Position numbers and translations under genes: made by a program. DNA of 64,000 nt from Macrostomum lignano (lineage: Eukaryota), in the NCBI GenBank assembly GCA_002269645.1, contig NIVC01000183.1:1-64000 (forward strand). Reading direction: 5' to 3'. This document shows, piece after piece, positions 50,201 through 62,344 of this stretch. The notes under the pieces were generated by a model. That model did no database searches. It saw only the letters and a program-made list of their open reading frames with translations, and was not told where the DNA came from. Every line of letters starts with the position of its first letter. The first letter of the stretch is position 1.

Positions 50201-53200
50201 GCTGCAGGTTTCGAGCAAGCACGCTTTCCTCGGTCTCTTCAGCGAGATCGGCTGACTGGCTTTCGTGACGAAGCTCTCGGATCGGAGGCTCCGAAATTTC
50301 GATTGACAGTTGCTGATCCTGTGTCGAAGCTTCTTTTGTTGCTGCATCGCTACTTCCGACTTGCTCCTGGTTGTCCTGTTCGCTACTTTTGGTTTGACTA
50401 ACTGTATCTGGGTCTCTTGACATTGACGGCACTTGTGTTTCGTTAGTCTCGCTGTCATTTCTCTGTGCTAGTTGACTTGATTGCTTCCTACGGAAGCTCG
50501 CCTCGTTTTCCGCGTTTCCAGCTGTGTCCAAGTCGGAGACATTATACGATCCTCTGTGTCGCTTAAAAACACCCAGGAACTTTCCGAACACGTTCTTTTT
50601 GTGCTTTGGTGGGTATGATGACTCGAGTGGCATCGAGCTTAGAGAATCAGAGCTCTGACTTTTATCGTCGTGCGTTCCAGTCACACTTACACTGTGGGGT
50701 CTCGTCTGAGGTTTTTCTCTCTTTTCCGAGCTCTCACCAGATGTGTGTCGCAGCCTTACTTTTGATTCGATGGGCGGAAACTCTGCACTTCCCAAAGACA
50801 AGCGTTTTACTATTTTTGATGACTTTGGCTCGGCCAGATCTATCGACCTACTCTCGTTTCTTTCGTCGACGGGTGCGTCCTTAATATGATGCAGGAGATC
50901 GTCTGACTGCCAGGATCGATCGCTCTCCTTGGAAATTTGACTATCGCGATCAAACGAGTGCCCGTAGCGGGGAGGCTCGTGGATGATAGGCTCCGGCAAT
51001 TCCATCGAAATCTGTTGGTCCTCGTACTCGATCCGGACCTCATCGACGTCCTGGTCGAGGTGCTTCACCAAGTTCTTTATGTCGTCGACTTCTGCACCAA
51101 TGGACTCATCGCGCTGCTCAGCATCAGTACCCTGCTGCAGGTTTCGAGCAAGCACGCTTTCCTCGGTCTCTTCAGCGAGATCGGCTGACTGGCTTTCGTG
51201 ACGAAGCTCTCGGATCGGAGGCTCCGGCAATTCCATCGAAACCTGTTGGTCCTCGTACTCGATCCGGACCTCATCGACGTCCTGGTCGAGGTGCTTCACC
51301 AAGTTCTTTATGTCGTCGACTTCTGCACCAATGGACTCATCGCGCTGCTCAGCATCAGTACCCTGCTGCAGCTTTCGAGCAAGCACGCTTTCCTCGGTCT
51401 CTTCAGCGAGATCGGCTGACTGGCTTTCGTGACGAAGCTCTCGGATCGGAGGCTCCGGCAATTCCATCGAAACCTGTTGGTCCTCGTACTCGATCCGGAC
51501 CTCATCGACGTCCTGGTCGAGGTGCTTCACCAAGTTCTTTATGTCGTCGACTTCTGCACCAATGGACTCATCGCGCTGCTCAGCATCAGTACCCTGCTGC
51601 AGCTTTCGAGCAAGCACGCTTTCCTCGGTCTCTTCAGCGAGATCGGCTGACTGGCTTTCGTGACGAAGCTCTCGGATCGGAGGCTCCGGCAATTCCATCG
51701 AAACCTGTTGGTCCTCGTACTCGATCCGGACCTCATCGACGTCCTGGTCGAGGTGCTTCACCAAGTTCTTTATGTCGTCGACTTCTGCACCAATGGACTC
51801 ATCGCGCTGCTCAGCATCAGTACCCTGCTGCAGCTTTCGAGCAAGCACGCTTTCCTCGGTCTCTTCAGCGAGATCGGCTGACTGGCTTTCGTGACGAAGC
51901 TCTCGGATCGGAGGCTCCGGCAATTCCATCGAAACCTGTTGGTCCTCGTACTCGATCCGGACCTCATCGACGTCCTGGTCGAGGTGCTTCACCAAGTTCT
52001 TTATGTCGTCGACTTCTGCACCAATGGACTCATCGCGCTGCTCAGCATCAGTACCCTGCTGCAGCTTTCGAGCAAGCACGCTTTCCTCGGTCTCTTCAGC
52101 GAGATCGGCTGACTGGCTTTCGTGACGAAGCTCTCGGATCGGAGGCTCCGAAATTTCGATTGACAGTTGCTGATCCTGTGTCGAAGCTTTTTTTGTTGCT
52201 GCATCGCTACTTCCGACTTGCTCCTGGTTGTCCTGTTCGCTACTTTTGGTTTGACTAACTGTATCTGGGTCTCTTGACATTGACGGCACTTGTGTTTTGT
52301 TAGTCTCGCTGTCATTTCTCTGTGCTAGTTGACTTGATTGCTTCCTACGGAAGCTCGCCTCGTTTTCCGCGTTTCTAGCTGTGTCCAAGTCGGAGACATT
52401 ATACGATCGTCTGTGTCGCTTAAAAACACCCAGGAACTTTCCGAACACGTTCTTTTTGTGCTTTGGTGGGTATGATGACTCGAGTGGCATCGAGCTTAGA
52501 GAATCAGAGCTCTGACTTTTATCGTCGTGCGTTCCAGTCACACTTACACTGTGGGGTCTCGTCTGAGGTTTTTCTCTCTTTTCCGAGCTCTCACCAGATG
52601 TGTGTCGCAGCCTTACTTTTGATTCGATGGGCGGAAACTCTGCACTTCCCAAAGACAAGCGTTTTACTATTTTTGATGACTTTGGCTCGGCCAGATCTAT
52701 CGACCTACTCTCGTTTCTTTCGTCGACGGGTGCGTCCTTAATATGATGCAGGAGATCGTCTGACTGCCAGGATCGATCGCTCTCCTTGGAAATTTGACTA
52801 TCGCGATCAAACGAGTGCCCGTAGCGGGGAGGCTCGTGGATGATAGGCTCCGGCAATTCCATCGAAATCTGTTGGTCCTCGTACTCGATCCGGACCTCAT
52901 CGACGTCCTGGTCGAGGTGCTTCACCAAGTTCTTTATGTCGTCGACTTCTGCACCAATGGACTCATCGCGCTGCTCAGCATCAGTACCCTGCTGCAGGTT
53001 TCGAGCAAGCACGCTTTCCTCGGTCTCTTCAGCGAGATCGGCTGACTGGCTTTCGTGACGAAGCTCTCGGATCGGAGGCTCCGGCAATTCCATCGAAATC
53101 TGTTGGTCCTCGTACTCGATCCGGACCTCATCGACGTCCTGGTCGAGGTGCTTCACCAAGTTCTTTATGTCGTCGACTTCTGCACCAATGGACTCATCGC

Positions 53201-54163
53201 GCTGCTCAGCATCAGTGCCTTGCTGCTGCTTTGGAATAGTCGTGGCGTCTTTGGTGGGATTCAATAGCGTTGTCGATGGCAATCCACTGGATTTTTCGTC
53301 TCTTTTTTGGGGTCGTTTTTGCTGGAATTGATGAAGTTTTGAGAATTTCATCATAGATTTGATCGATGATGGGGTTCCGCTTTGGCTGAGATGGCTTTTA
53401 TGTTTTCGCGTAAGTTTTGTGGATTTACTATGTTCCTGCTCATATTTAAATAATCGTATTTCTTCTTTGCTTGGACGCTCGTCAACTGTCACCGCGAGAC
53501 ATTCATAGGTGTCGATTTGGATACTCATATTTTCGTTTTTTCTTTGAAAATTCTTGACGTGGGATGTTTTTACACCAGTTTCATTCTTGTTGTCGTCGTC
53601 ATTTGCTTTGGATACGATTTCTCTGCCAGTTCGCAACATGACTGTCTCAATTGCTTCCTTTGCTGGATCGTCTAATTCCAACCAGGCAGACTCAATGACG
53701 TCTTTACCTACGTTGTTTGCTGACGTTTTCCTGACGTTCTCCTGAGCTTTCGCGTTGGCTTCATTAACGTTAACTGTTTGATGCGTGTCTCGTTTGTACA
53801 AAGCTGTTGAAAATTTCGGCTCAATGAAAGTTTTCGAATCTACCGGATCAAATTCTACCACGCTGCTGAAGTTTGAGCTTGGTTTGATGTAGGCCGTGTC
53901 TGCGTTCCTAAGTTGACATCGTCGTAGCCTTGCATTCTCGGCATCAAGATCCGATTTCGGCATCGTTTGAACACTGCTATGCGAGATTTCGTGGTTCAGT
54001 CTATCGTCATTTTTGAGTTCGCATTCGCTTTCTTCGCTGAAAATGGGGATCGGCTTCCAGATTGAGTTCTCAACTCTAGGCAGTGAGAGGCGGAGTCGCT
54101 TGACGTGACTCGGCGTGCCGGGTTGCCTTGCCGAATGTACTGTAATTTGGCGCATAGAATTGT
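29236..54163 (-). CDS. Giant gene B giant exon, 24,928 bp (~8,310 codons after restoring four 1-nt deletions)
   Basis: Acceptor cttatag|AC AAT TCT ATG (phase 1) and donor GGC AGT|gtaagc (phase 0). Five track ORFs abut at frameshifts near 38628, 41648, 43961 and 45402; length +4 nt gives the exact phase. Confidence 0.8.
30300..53230 (-). repeat. Coding array: ~66 x 231-bp (77-aa) A units and 11 x 702-bp (234-aa) B modules
   Basis: B-to-B spacings of 1164, 1626 and 1857 bp equal 702 + n x 231 (n = 2, 4, 5); two long runs of ~16 and ~17 A units. Confidence 0.95.
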
Positions 54164-54218
54164 CTATAAGTTAAGCGTGAAGATGATTAAAATTGATAAC
54201 AGCCTGGCAGAAGCTCAC

Positions 54219-54390
54219 CGAGCTGGACATTTAAATACGGGTTCTCCGGTTCTGTGGCAACTTTTGGCTCTTCGGAGTCGCAAATCTCCAGCTCGGTGAA
54301 GTCGGCCTCTCCGCCCAGTATAACGGTGCAGATTGCCGAGTAGTTCCCGTTGTGGCTGAGCTCCGCCAGGTGCTTTTCTTGTAGGCTTAT
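54219..54390 (-). CDS. Giant gene B exon (172 nt, phase 0-1): end of the N-terminal galectin-like domain
   Basis: ttttag|ATA AGC CTA ... CTC G|gtgagc; ISLQEKHLAELSHNGNYSAICTVILGGEADFTELEI; joins the giant exon across a 55-nt intron (G+AC=Asp). Confidence 0.8.
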
Positions 54391-55232
54391 CTAAAAAATT
54401 AATCACATTTCTATGGTGCGCTCTCAGACTACTTGCTGATTCAAATGATCGTCTCTTTGATTAGAATATTTTGAAGCCAGATTTATCGTATCAATATTGC
54501 AATTGCAACGTATTGTAAGACTTTATTCGGCGAAGTACATCAGGTACTTGTATCTGCTCCGGTTTATTCAGAGAATCTACAGAGGTCCATTCAGTAGTTT
54601 CTAGTGGTCCTTGATGTGATTGTTCACCCATTGTCCACAACAGTTAGTCTGCATTCACAATCAAACGGTTCCTGTCCAGTTTAGGACTTTTCCCCGAACG
54701 GGACCGGGTGAAGCGTTCGAAACTGTCAGGTTTGCATCTGGAAACGCCACAATATTTTGTTTCGAACGTGCCAACCTGCTGAAGCGGAACCAGACCGAAA
54801 TCGCTTGATTGTGAAAGCAGCATTACTCTTGATGAAATTTCAATCTCCCCTCAGGTTTGAGTACTCAACACATAGCCAGAAAATTATTTCATGACTGTTC
54901 CGTCAATGGTTCGATTCTACGACTATTTATACCTGTCCCCAATCGCTGGTAGTGACAATTTCCTGTGGTGAAATCGCAAAAAATCAATTAAACAGCTGAA
55001 CATTGGTTGTTTAAGGCTCAAACCAATTGGGTAAGATTTGCGGCAAAAATAAGTTTGTGTTCTTGATTTAGTGTGATTCGGACGCTACTCAGTAGTTACA
55101 GTATTACGCTCGTATTACAGGTTAAGATAGACATTAAACGCATTTTCTGGCTTTTCTGGCGTAAATAGATGTCAAAATAATTTTGAAAAACATATCATAT
55201 AGACAGCTATGAAATAATTTTGGCTAACTCAC

Positions 55233-55425
55233 ATCGTAGCCGAGCGGTTGCACGGTAACTTTGATGACAAAGGAGTACGGCGTTACAATCACTTCGCTGA
55301 GTCTTCCGCGCCTGTCTGTCTGCTTGCCTTTGCTTCGATAACTGATCTCAAACTGGCCGTTGCTGCTCAAGCTAATGTTTATAGATTCTAACTGCCAGTT
55401 TTCGGCTGAGAGGGTGACATTGAGG
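55233..55425 (-). CDS. Giant gene B exon (193 nt, phase 2-0)
   Basis: ttttcag|C CTC AAT GTC ... TAC GAT|gtgagt; LNVTLSAEN...PYSFVIKVTVQPLGYD. Confidence 0.8.
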
Positions 55426-55538
55426 CTGAAAAGAAAACAGTGGGCATTGACTGCTACGGTCTAGCGGTTTCTATGGAGTGTGTAAGAAAAAGTGGCTTGA
55501 AAAGTAAAACAACAAACAAGTATAACAAATCTACTTAC

Positions 55539-55618
55539 TACTGTCCGTGCAGAATGCCTTTGGCTACGACACCTTCGCCAACAAACAGCTCGCTGGACAT
55601 CTTGTGCTCTATGTGGCT
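55539..55618 (-). CDS. Giant gene B exon (80 nt, phase 0-2)
   Basis: ctttcag|AGC CAC ATA ... CAG TA|gtaagt; ELFVGEGVVAKGILHGQY. Confidence 0.75.
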
Positions 55619-55692
55619 CTGAAAGTGAGGGTGCACTCGTATCTGTGCTTTTCCGTCTGCACTACTCTCATTGTGCAATTTTCCTGACTTAC

Positions 55693-55776
55693 ACTATCGG
55701 ACCATTGACTCTCCGGTGTCACTCGATGCTCCGTGTTTAATTCCGAGGCCCTGTCGGGCTCGCGAAATTTCATCAT
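55693..55776 (-). CDS. Candidate first coding exon of giant gene B (MMKFREPDR...WSDS)
   Basis: Phase-0 donor GAT AGT|gtaagt. ATG at 55776 in an aaaagcATG context is a guess; the frame is open further upstream. Confidence 0.5.
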
Positions 55777-58551
55777 GCTTTTATTGTTGACTCTCCCCGC
55801 TGTCTGAACAGCGAGGATCAAATGCGTCTCTGTTTGCTTTCCAGGTGAGGAATTGACTCTGGTGCTAGTCAGAGACAGCAACAAATGCTTTTTTCACCTC
55901 TGCTCAGGTATTTGTGCAGGCTATCGTTTATAGCTGCAGCAACATTGAGTGTCTGACAGCTAGATAATGAATATCTGCTGTGTCAAGCTGAAAAACGCCT
56001 CTAGCAATTACCGTTATCTCTTAATTTCACGAATGCTTTTTCGACATTGCAGCTTGCTAGAATACAGGCCGCGCGCGTGTGCTGATAAGATTAAGAAAAC
56101 AGAAAGCGCGCTTTTTATAGGCACTGCTGAAACTCGACATAAATCAAACGAGCACGCGCTCCTGCTGGCCATCGTAGCCGAAGCTGTGGCTACATTTACA
56201 TGTATCTGATCTGTTGTTGTCAAAAGTGTGTAAATTCAATGCCTGTGAGGCTATGACCTTATTTCTGTATCAATTTTTAGCTGTCAAGTCATGCATGATC
56301 AACTATAATTACTCAGCATGAGCTCAAAATGTACCGCCCTACGGCAAGTTTTGCCGTTAAGTTAACCTATAAGCACAATTAAAAGCTGCATGAAAAAAGT
56401 TACCCTGCAGTAAGTCGTGCAATTTTTCACAGTTGGTGCAGCTAGCTATTATTACATATTAAGGAGGGGGTGTGCAAGGATTACATCATTAATACGTGAG
56501 TATGAATGAAATAATACGAAGGGGGTAAGTAAGGCCAATATGCATGGCATACTATACAATTTTTGTTCTAGAAGTCAACTTCGCTTAAAACAATGAAAGC
56601 CTTTGGTTTTTGTCTGATATTAGTATTCTAAGATCGAATACATGTACCACTTTTAGTTTTAGCAACAAAAAACGAATACATGTACGACTTTTAGCAACTT
56701 TGCTCTACATTTATATATACTACCCACAGCCTAAAAACGGCTCTACATTTATATATACTGTCTAATATTTGCCAGCGATCGATCGAATAAACTTCAAACG
56801 CCTTCAGAATTCTCAGCAGCTACTTACTGCCTACTGTGGACGCATAGTTAATATAATGTAAGCAAACTTTAGTTCAAAGGCTTCTGGAGTAAAAGCATAA
56901 AAAAGCGCCACTTTTAGGGCAACTACTAAATAAAATCGTTTGAAGCATATGTAGAATAGTTATCTACAGTGATCCTTAAGAAAAAATTACTTTGAAGTCT
57001 AGTTGTAACATTCTCGTACTGACTAGAGGTTCTGCAAAATCTAAAAACAATTCGTCTTTAATTTTAATTTATGCCGGAAACACTGTCGGAAAATCATAAA
57101 ATAATAAAATAACTAACCTCCGGAATTAATGGTACTATAATCATAACAAAGCTGCTTGTACTCAAGTCATTCTTAGATCTGAAACTTAGTTGCTGTTAGT
57201 TGATTTCTGTTTTATCATCTCTTTTTATTAACTCATTGTTCATATTAAAGTGCAAACGTGTAAAGACTCTCGTAAATTGAGTCATTTTAACTTCCAAACC
57301 TATTTGATTCATATCAAAAATGGATGACTAACTACTGAATTCACCGGCACTTGGGTTCACCGGATTTTTTACTTTATTTTTAAGGCTTAAAAATATACAT
57401 AATCGATAGCGCAAGTAAAACTAGAGATGCGCCTAGATTTTTGGCTCTGCGCGTTGCCCCTGGACATCAGGAGGGCGATTTTTGTTATTTTTTGGGGGGT
57501 GAAACCGGCGGTGAACCCAATAAATCCTTCCAGAGAGCTGAAAACCTGTCATGCAATATTTCAAAGCAAAATATAGCCAGATTTCGACGTGCGCATAAAA
57601 TTTCAGCGTTGCGCGTTGCTCCTGAACTGCAGGAGAACGTTTTTTGTTAAATTCCGGTGTTGAATGACTGCCGCTGAACTCCGCGGTGAACGAAATTAAG
57701 TGCGTTTCCCGAGTCGAAAAATAGTAAATTTTCCTATTAAAAAAGTTATCAAAGTAAAGTTTTATCACTTTCATCAGCATTTTTGCACTCACTTTTGTGT
57801 TGACTGTTAAGCTATTTATTTTAATGCAAAGCGAAAACATTAAAAAATATTTCGAACTGCGAGTCTTTATTGCGCAACGTGGCAGCAGGCAGTTACAGCG
57901 CACTTGCGCATAAAAAATACATTATATTTATACGCCGTGTGGTATTTTTGTGGCCATACTTAATAATGAAGCCTTTTATGCTGTTTTACTTCCTATATTT
58001 TTAGATTTATTTTTCAATTACGACTTGAAACATGCAGTCAAAGTGTTAATATCAGTATAGGCAATAAAATAAAATTGGCATTTCTTGGCTTGATGCTTTT
58101 TACAACTTGTTAAAACCTCTATTTTAATATTTCTTCTCTTCTAATAAGTCAAATTATAAACATAATATCTATTTAAGATTCCATAGTGCTTTTCCATTAA
58201 GTATAAATTCAATTATATCAGGCAGGCACTCAGTATACTTTTATAAAATAATAACTATAACATGCAATAAAAATATTGACTATACTAGCCTATTTAATTA
58301 CTTGTAATTTTATGTAATATTACTAGCCAATAAATATTTTTATATTTGATTTCATTGTAATTATAAAAAATTTAAAAAATTCTGTATATTTATAACATTG
58401 TTGACTCATAAAATTCTTTCTTGTTTTTTCTCCTAACCATAATTAATATTTCAAAAAATAAGTTATTAATTTTTCTTGATTTGTAAATAAAAATATTACC
58501 CTGCAATTTTCAATATTTTTCATGTATTTTATGTAAAATGTGCAATTTCAT

Positions 58552-60660
58552 GTGTTTTTTGTGTTTCCATCAGTTTAGCCTGTTATTGGGCTATCTAGAA
58601 ACTGAAGACTGACAGAATGCATTTCTTTCTCCGGGATATTGCTTCTTTCTAAGTTAAAGAGACCAATATGCTCATTAGGAGTAGCTTTATGCCCAGAAGC
58701 ACAGTACGCACAATAAATTGTGTTTTTTGTGTTTCCATCAGTTTAGCCTGTTATTGGGCTATCTAGAAACTGAAGACTGACAGAATGCATTTCTATCTCC
58801 GGGATATTGCTTCTTTCTAAGTTAAAGAGACCAATATGCTCATTAGGAGTAGCTTTATGCCCAGAAGCACAGTACGCACAATAAATTGTGTTTTTTGTGT
58901 TTCCATCAGTTTAGCCTGTTATTGGGCTTTTTAGAAACTGAAGACTGACAGAATGCATTTCTATCTCCGGGATATTGCTTCTTTCTAAGTTAAAGAGACC
59001 AATATGCTCATTAGGAGTAGCTTTATGCCCAGAAGCACAGTACGCACAATAAATTGTGCTTTTTGTGTTTCCATCAGTTTAGCCTGTTATTGGGCTTTCT
59101 AGAAACTGAAGACTGACAGAATGCATTTCTATCTCCGGGATATTGCTTCTTTCTAAGTTAAAGAGACCAATATGCTCATTAGGAGTAGCTTTATGCCCAG
59201 AAGCACAGTACGCACAATAAATTGTGTTTTTTGTGTTTCCATCAGTTTAGCCTGTTATTGGGCTTTCTAGAAACTGAAGACTGACAGAATGCATTTCTTT
59301 CTCCGGGATATTGCTTCTTTCTAAGTTAAAGAGACCAATATGCTCATTAGGAGTAGCTTTATGCCCAGAAGCACAGTACGCACAATAAATTGTGTTTTTT
59401 GTGTTTCCATCAGTTTAGCCTGTTATTGGGCTATCTAGAAACTGAAGACTGACAGAATGCATTTCTATCTCCGGGATATTGCTTCTTTCTAAGTTAAAGA
59501 GACCAATATGCTCATTAGGAGTAGCTTTATGCCCAGAAGCACAGTACGCACAATAAATTGTGTTTTTTGTGTTTCCATCAGTTTAGCCTGTTATTGGGCT
59601 ATCTAGAAACTGAAGACTGACAGAATGCATTTCTATCTCCGGGATATTGCTTCTTTCTAAGTTAAAGAGACCAATATGCTCATTAGGAGTAGCTTTATGC
59701 CCAGAAGCACAGTACGCACAATAAATTGTGTTTTTTGTGTTTCCATCAGTTTAGCCTGTTATTGGGCTTTTTAGAAACTGAAGACTGACAGAATGCATTT
59801 CTTTCTCCGGGATATTGCTTCTTTCTAAGTTAAAGAGACCAATATGCTCATTAGGAGTAGCTTTATGCCCAGAAGCACAGTACGCACAATAAATTGTGTT
59901 TTTTGTGTTTCCATCAGTTTAGCCTGTTATTGGGCTATCTAGAAACTGAAGACTGACAGAATGCATTTCTTTCTCCGGGATATTGCTTCTTTCTAAGTTA
60001 AAGAGACCAATATGCTCATTAGGAGTAGCTTTATGCCCAGAAGCACAGTACGCACAATAAATTGTGTTTTTTGTGTTTCCATCAGTTTAGCCTGTTATTG
60101 GGCTATCTAGAAACTGAAGACTGACAGAATGCATTTCTTTCTCCGGGATATTGCTTCTTTCTAAGTTAAAGAGACCAATATGCTCATTAGGAGTAGCTTT
60201 ATGCCCAGAAGCACAGTACGCACAATAAATTGTGTTTTTAGTGTTTCCATCAGTTTAGCCTGTTATTGGGCTATCTAGAAACTGAAGACTGACAGAATGC
60301 ATTTCTATCTCCGGGATATTGCTTCTTTCTAAGTTAAAGAGACCAATATGCTCATTAGGAGTAGCTTTATGCCCAGAAGCACAGTACGCACAATAAATTG
60401 TGTGTTTTGTGTTTCCATCAGTTTAGCCTGTTATTGGGCTATCTAGAAACTGAAGACTGACAGAATGCATTTCTTTCTCCGGGATATTGCTTCTTTCTAA
60501 GTTAAAGAGACCAATATGCTCATTAGGAGTAGCTTTATGCCCAGAAGCACAGTACGCACAATAAATTGTGTTTTTAGTGTTTCCATCAGTTTAGCCTGTT
60601 ACTGGGCTTTCTAGAAACTGAAGACTGACAGAATGTATTCCTTTTTCAGGGATACTGTTT
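58552..60660 (+). repeat. 167-bp satellite array, ~12.5 copies (left arm)
   Basis: Period 167 measured at 58552/58719; highly homogeneous. Confidence 0.97.
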
Positions 60661-60859
60661 CTTTCCAAGTTAAAGAGACGAATCTGCTTCATACCAACGT
60701 CTTGATCGCTAAAATCACAGTAACACAATAAATTCGGAACGCACTTTCCCTTTTTACTCGCGTTTATTAACGATGCGTACACTGTTTTCGAAGCGCAAGG
60801 TCCTCTACCTGCGAATGCTGCTTTTTGTCGGCGTTTGAGTTGAGTTGATGTTCAAGAAG

Positions 60860-61125
60860 CGACAGCTCTAGGACCAGATGGACAAGATGTCTATGCCACG
60901 TTTCCTACTGCGGAAGTGAAAAAGTACGAGGATTTGATCAAGAAGTTTGATGTCTACTGCCAGCCTCTCTCCAACGAGACATTTGAAAGCTATCAGCTGC
61001 GCACCAGAATGCAAGGAGAAGCGGAGGACTTCGACCAGTTTATGGGTTCTCTACGCCAGCTCGTGAAGCGCTGCAACTACAGCAAACCTGACAACGACGA
61101 GATCAAGAACAGCATCTTCGATATC
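60860..61125 (+). mobile_element. Ty3/gypsy-like gag fragment
   Basis: KKYEDLIKKFDVYCQPLSNETFESYQLRTRMQGEAEDFDQFMGSLRQLVKRCNY matches the gypsy gag capsid pattern; truncated. Confidence 0.75.
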
Positions 61126-61679
61126 TTCGATAGCTTACAGCCTGTCCTTCTGGCTGTTGGGGTGAAGCGCGAGAAGCGCGGGCCCGCTCACGATACGCCC
61201 GAAGGTTCTTGGCCTGGTCCAGCGCGCGCTGGATCAGGCCGGACCTCCGGGTGCTCCTGGCGGGTCTGCGATTGCGATTTCCGGTTTCAGCAGCGCGAAC
61301 TGCCCTACCAGGCATAGGATCGGCCGTTTGCCTCGGCTTCTTTGCCGGAGGAGCCTAGGCCCCAATTCCGGTTTCGGAAGCCTTGGCATTCTTGGCTTCA
61401 TCAGCTTTCCGCTCCTCGCAACAGAGGATGGTCAGCTGAGTCAGACCAAGAGCCTCTTCACGGCAATCGATTCTCGAACCAGAATCGGTTCGGATTTCCA
61501 AGAAAAAAAGCAGTATAACTATTTAACTTTGTTGAATGTTTGACTGCCTTAACAGCCTCAATTCGCACTATTTTTCACTTTCTTCTTGGCTATTGCCATT
61601 TAATAATCACAATTTTAAAGCACTAATATCCCTCTAGTTTAGGAGACAAAAAGTTATACTTTACAAATTGGTTCTGGTT

Positions 61680-62195
61680 CTAGAACCAGAACAAGCAATA
61701 TGAAGAGCCTTCAATATGGATTGTGGACTTAGGCGGCAAGTGCTCAGCCCAGTCATTAGAGAGCCCTAGGATCACCGTAGCCCCCTTCTCCTTGCGGGAA
61801 GTGGCGTGGTGTAGGAGCCCGTTGACCTCAAGGTCAGGGTGCAGCTTTAGCAATATTTGCCTAAGCTGATCTCCGGACTTAATGGCACTGCCGGCCGGGA
61901 TCCAGACGCGAAAGCGCTGGCGAAGACGAGCTTGCCGAGCTTCTTGGGCCAGTTCAGCTTTGCAGAAGCTCGCGTAGACTGCGGCTGCTCTCCTCCGAGC
62001 TGCCCAGCTCACCAGCGGGGGTTGTATCCTTGGGGGCAGGGGTTGCTGTGGCTCCTTTCGGGCCAACAGCAGCCTCGTCCTCCCTAGGTTCCCCCTCCGC
62101 CGGTGGTCGGCCCGCAGTCGCCGTCGCCGCTCGTTGCGGCGTTGGTTGCGGGCGCGTCGGGCTTCAGCGGAGGGCCCGGTTGCGCGTGCGGGCAT
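61680..62195 (-). other. Arg-rich GC-rich ORF of unknown origin, possibly a retroelement ORF1/RNA-binding fragment
   Basis: 171-codon ORF with a basic helical N-half and an alpha/beta-like C-half; no motif recognised. Confidence 0.3.
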
Positions 62196-62344
62196 GTCAC
62201 CGGCCGAGCCGGCGGCAAGCCCATCTGCCCCAGTGGGGCGGCGCTCGTGCCAGAGTCACCGGCCGGAGTTGCCGGGGCCCCGGCTTCAGCGGGGTTGAAA
62301 GAGGCGGATGACGCCATAGCTGAAAGCGGGAAGGATGAGATGAG

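Noticed and set aside
29221-54155. Five separate large genes as listed in the ORF track
   Set aside because: They abut at single-base gaps in otherwise identical units and fit one exon bounded by good splice sites.
29236-54163. Identity with known flatworm adhesive proteins, or with ankyrin, AHNAK or titin
   Set aside because: No signal peptide, Lys/Arg-rich core, vWF/TIL, ankyrin, PDZ or Ig/Fn3 motifs seen. The resemblance is architectural only.
57337-57720. Short internal duplications and ccggtgaa-type motifs (ORF 57433-57903)
   Set aside because: Probably a MITE fragment, but no clear termini or TSD; the ORF is AT-rich with no motif.
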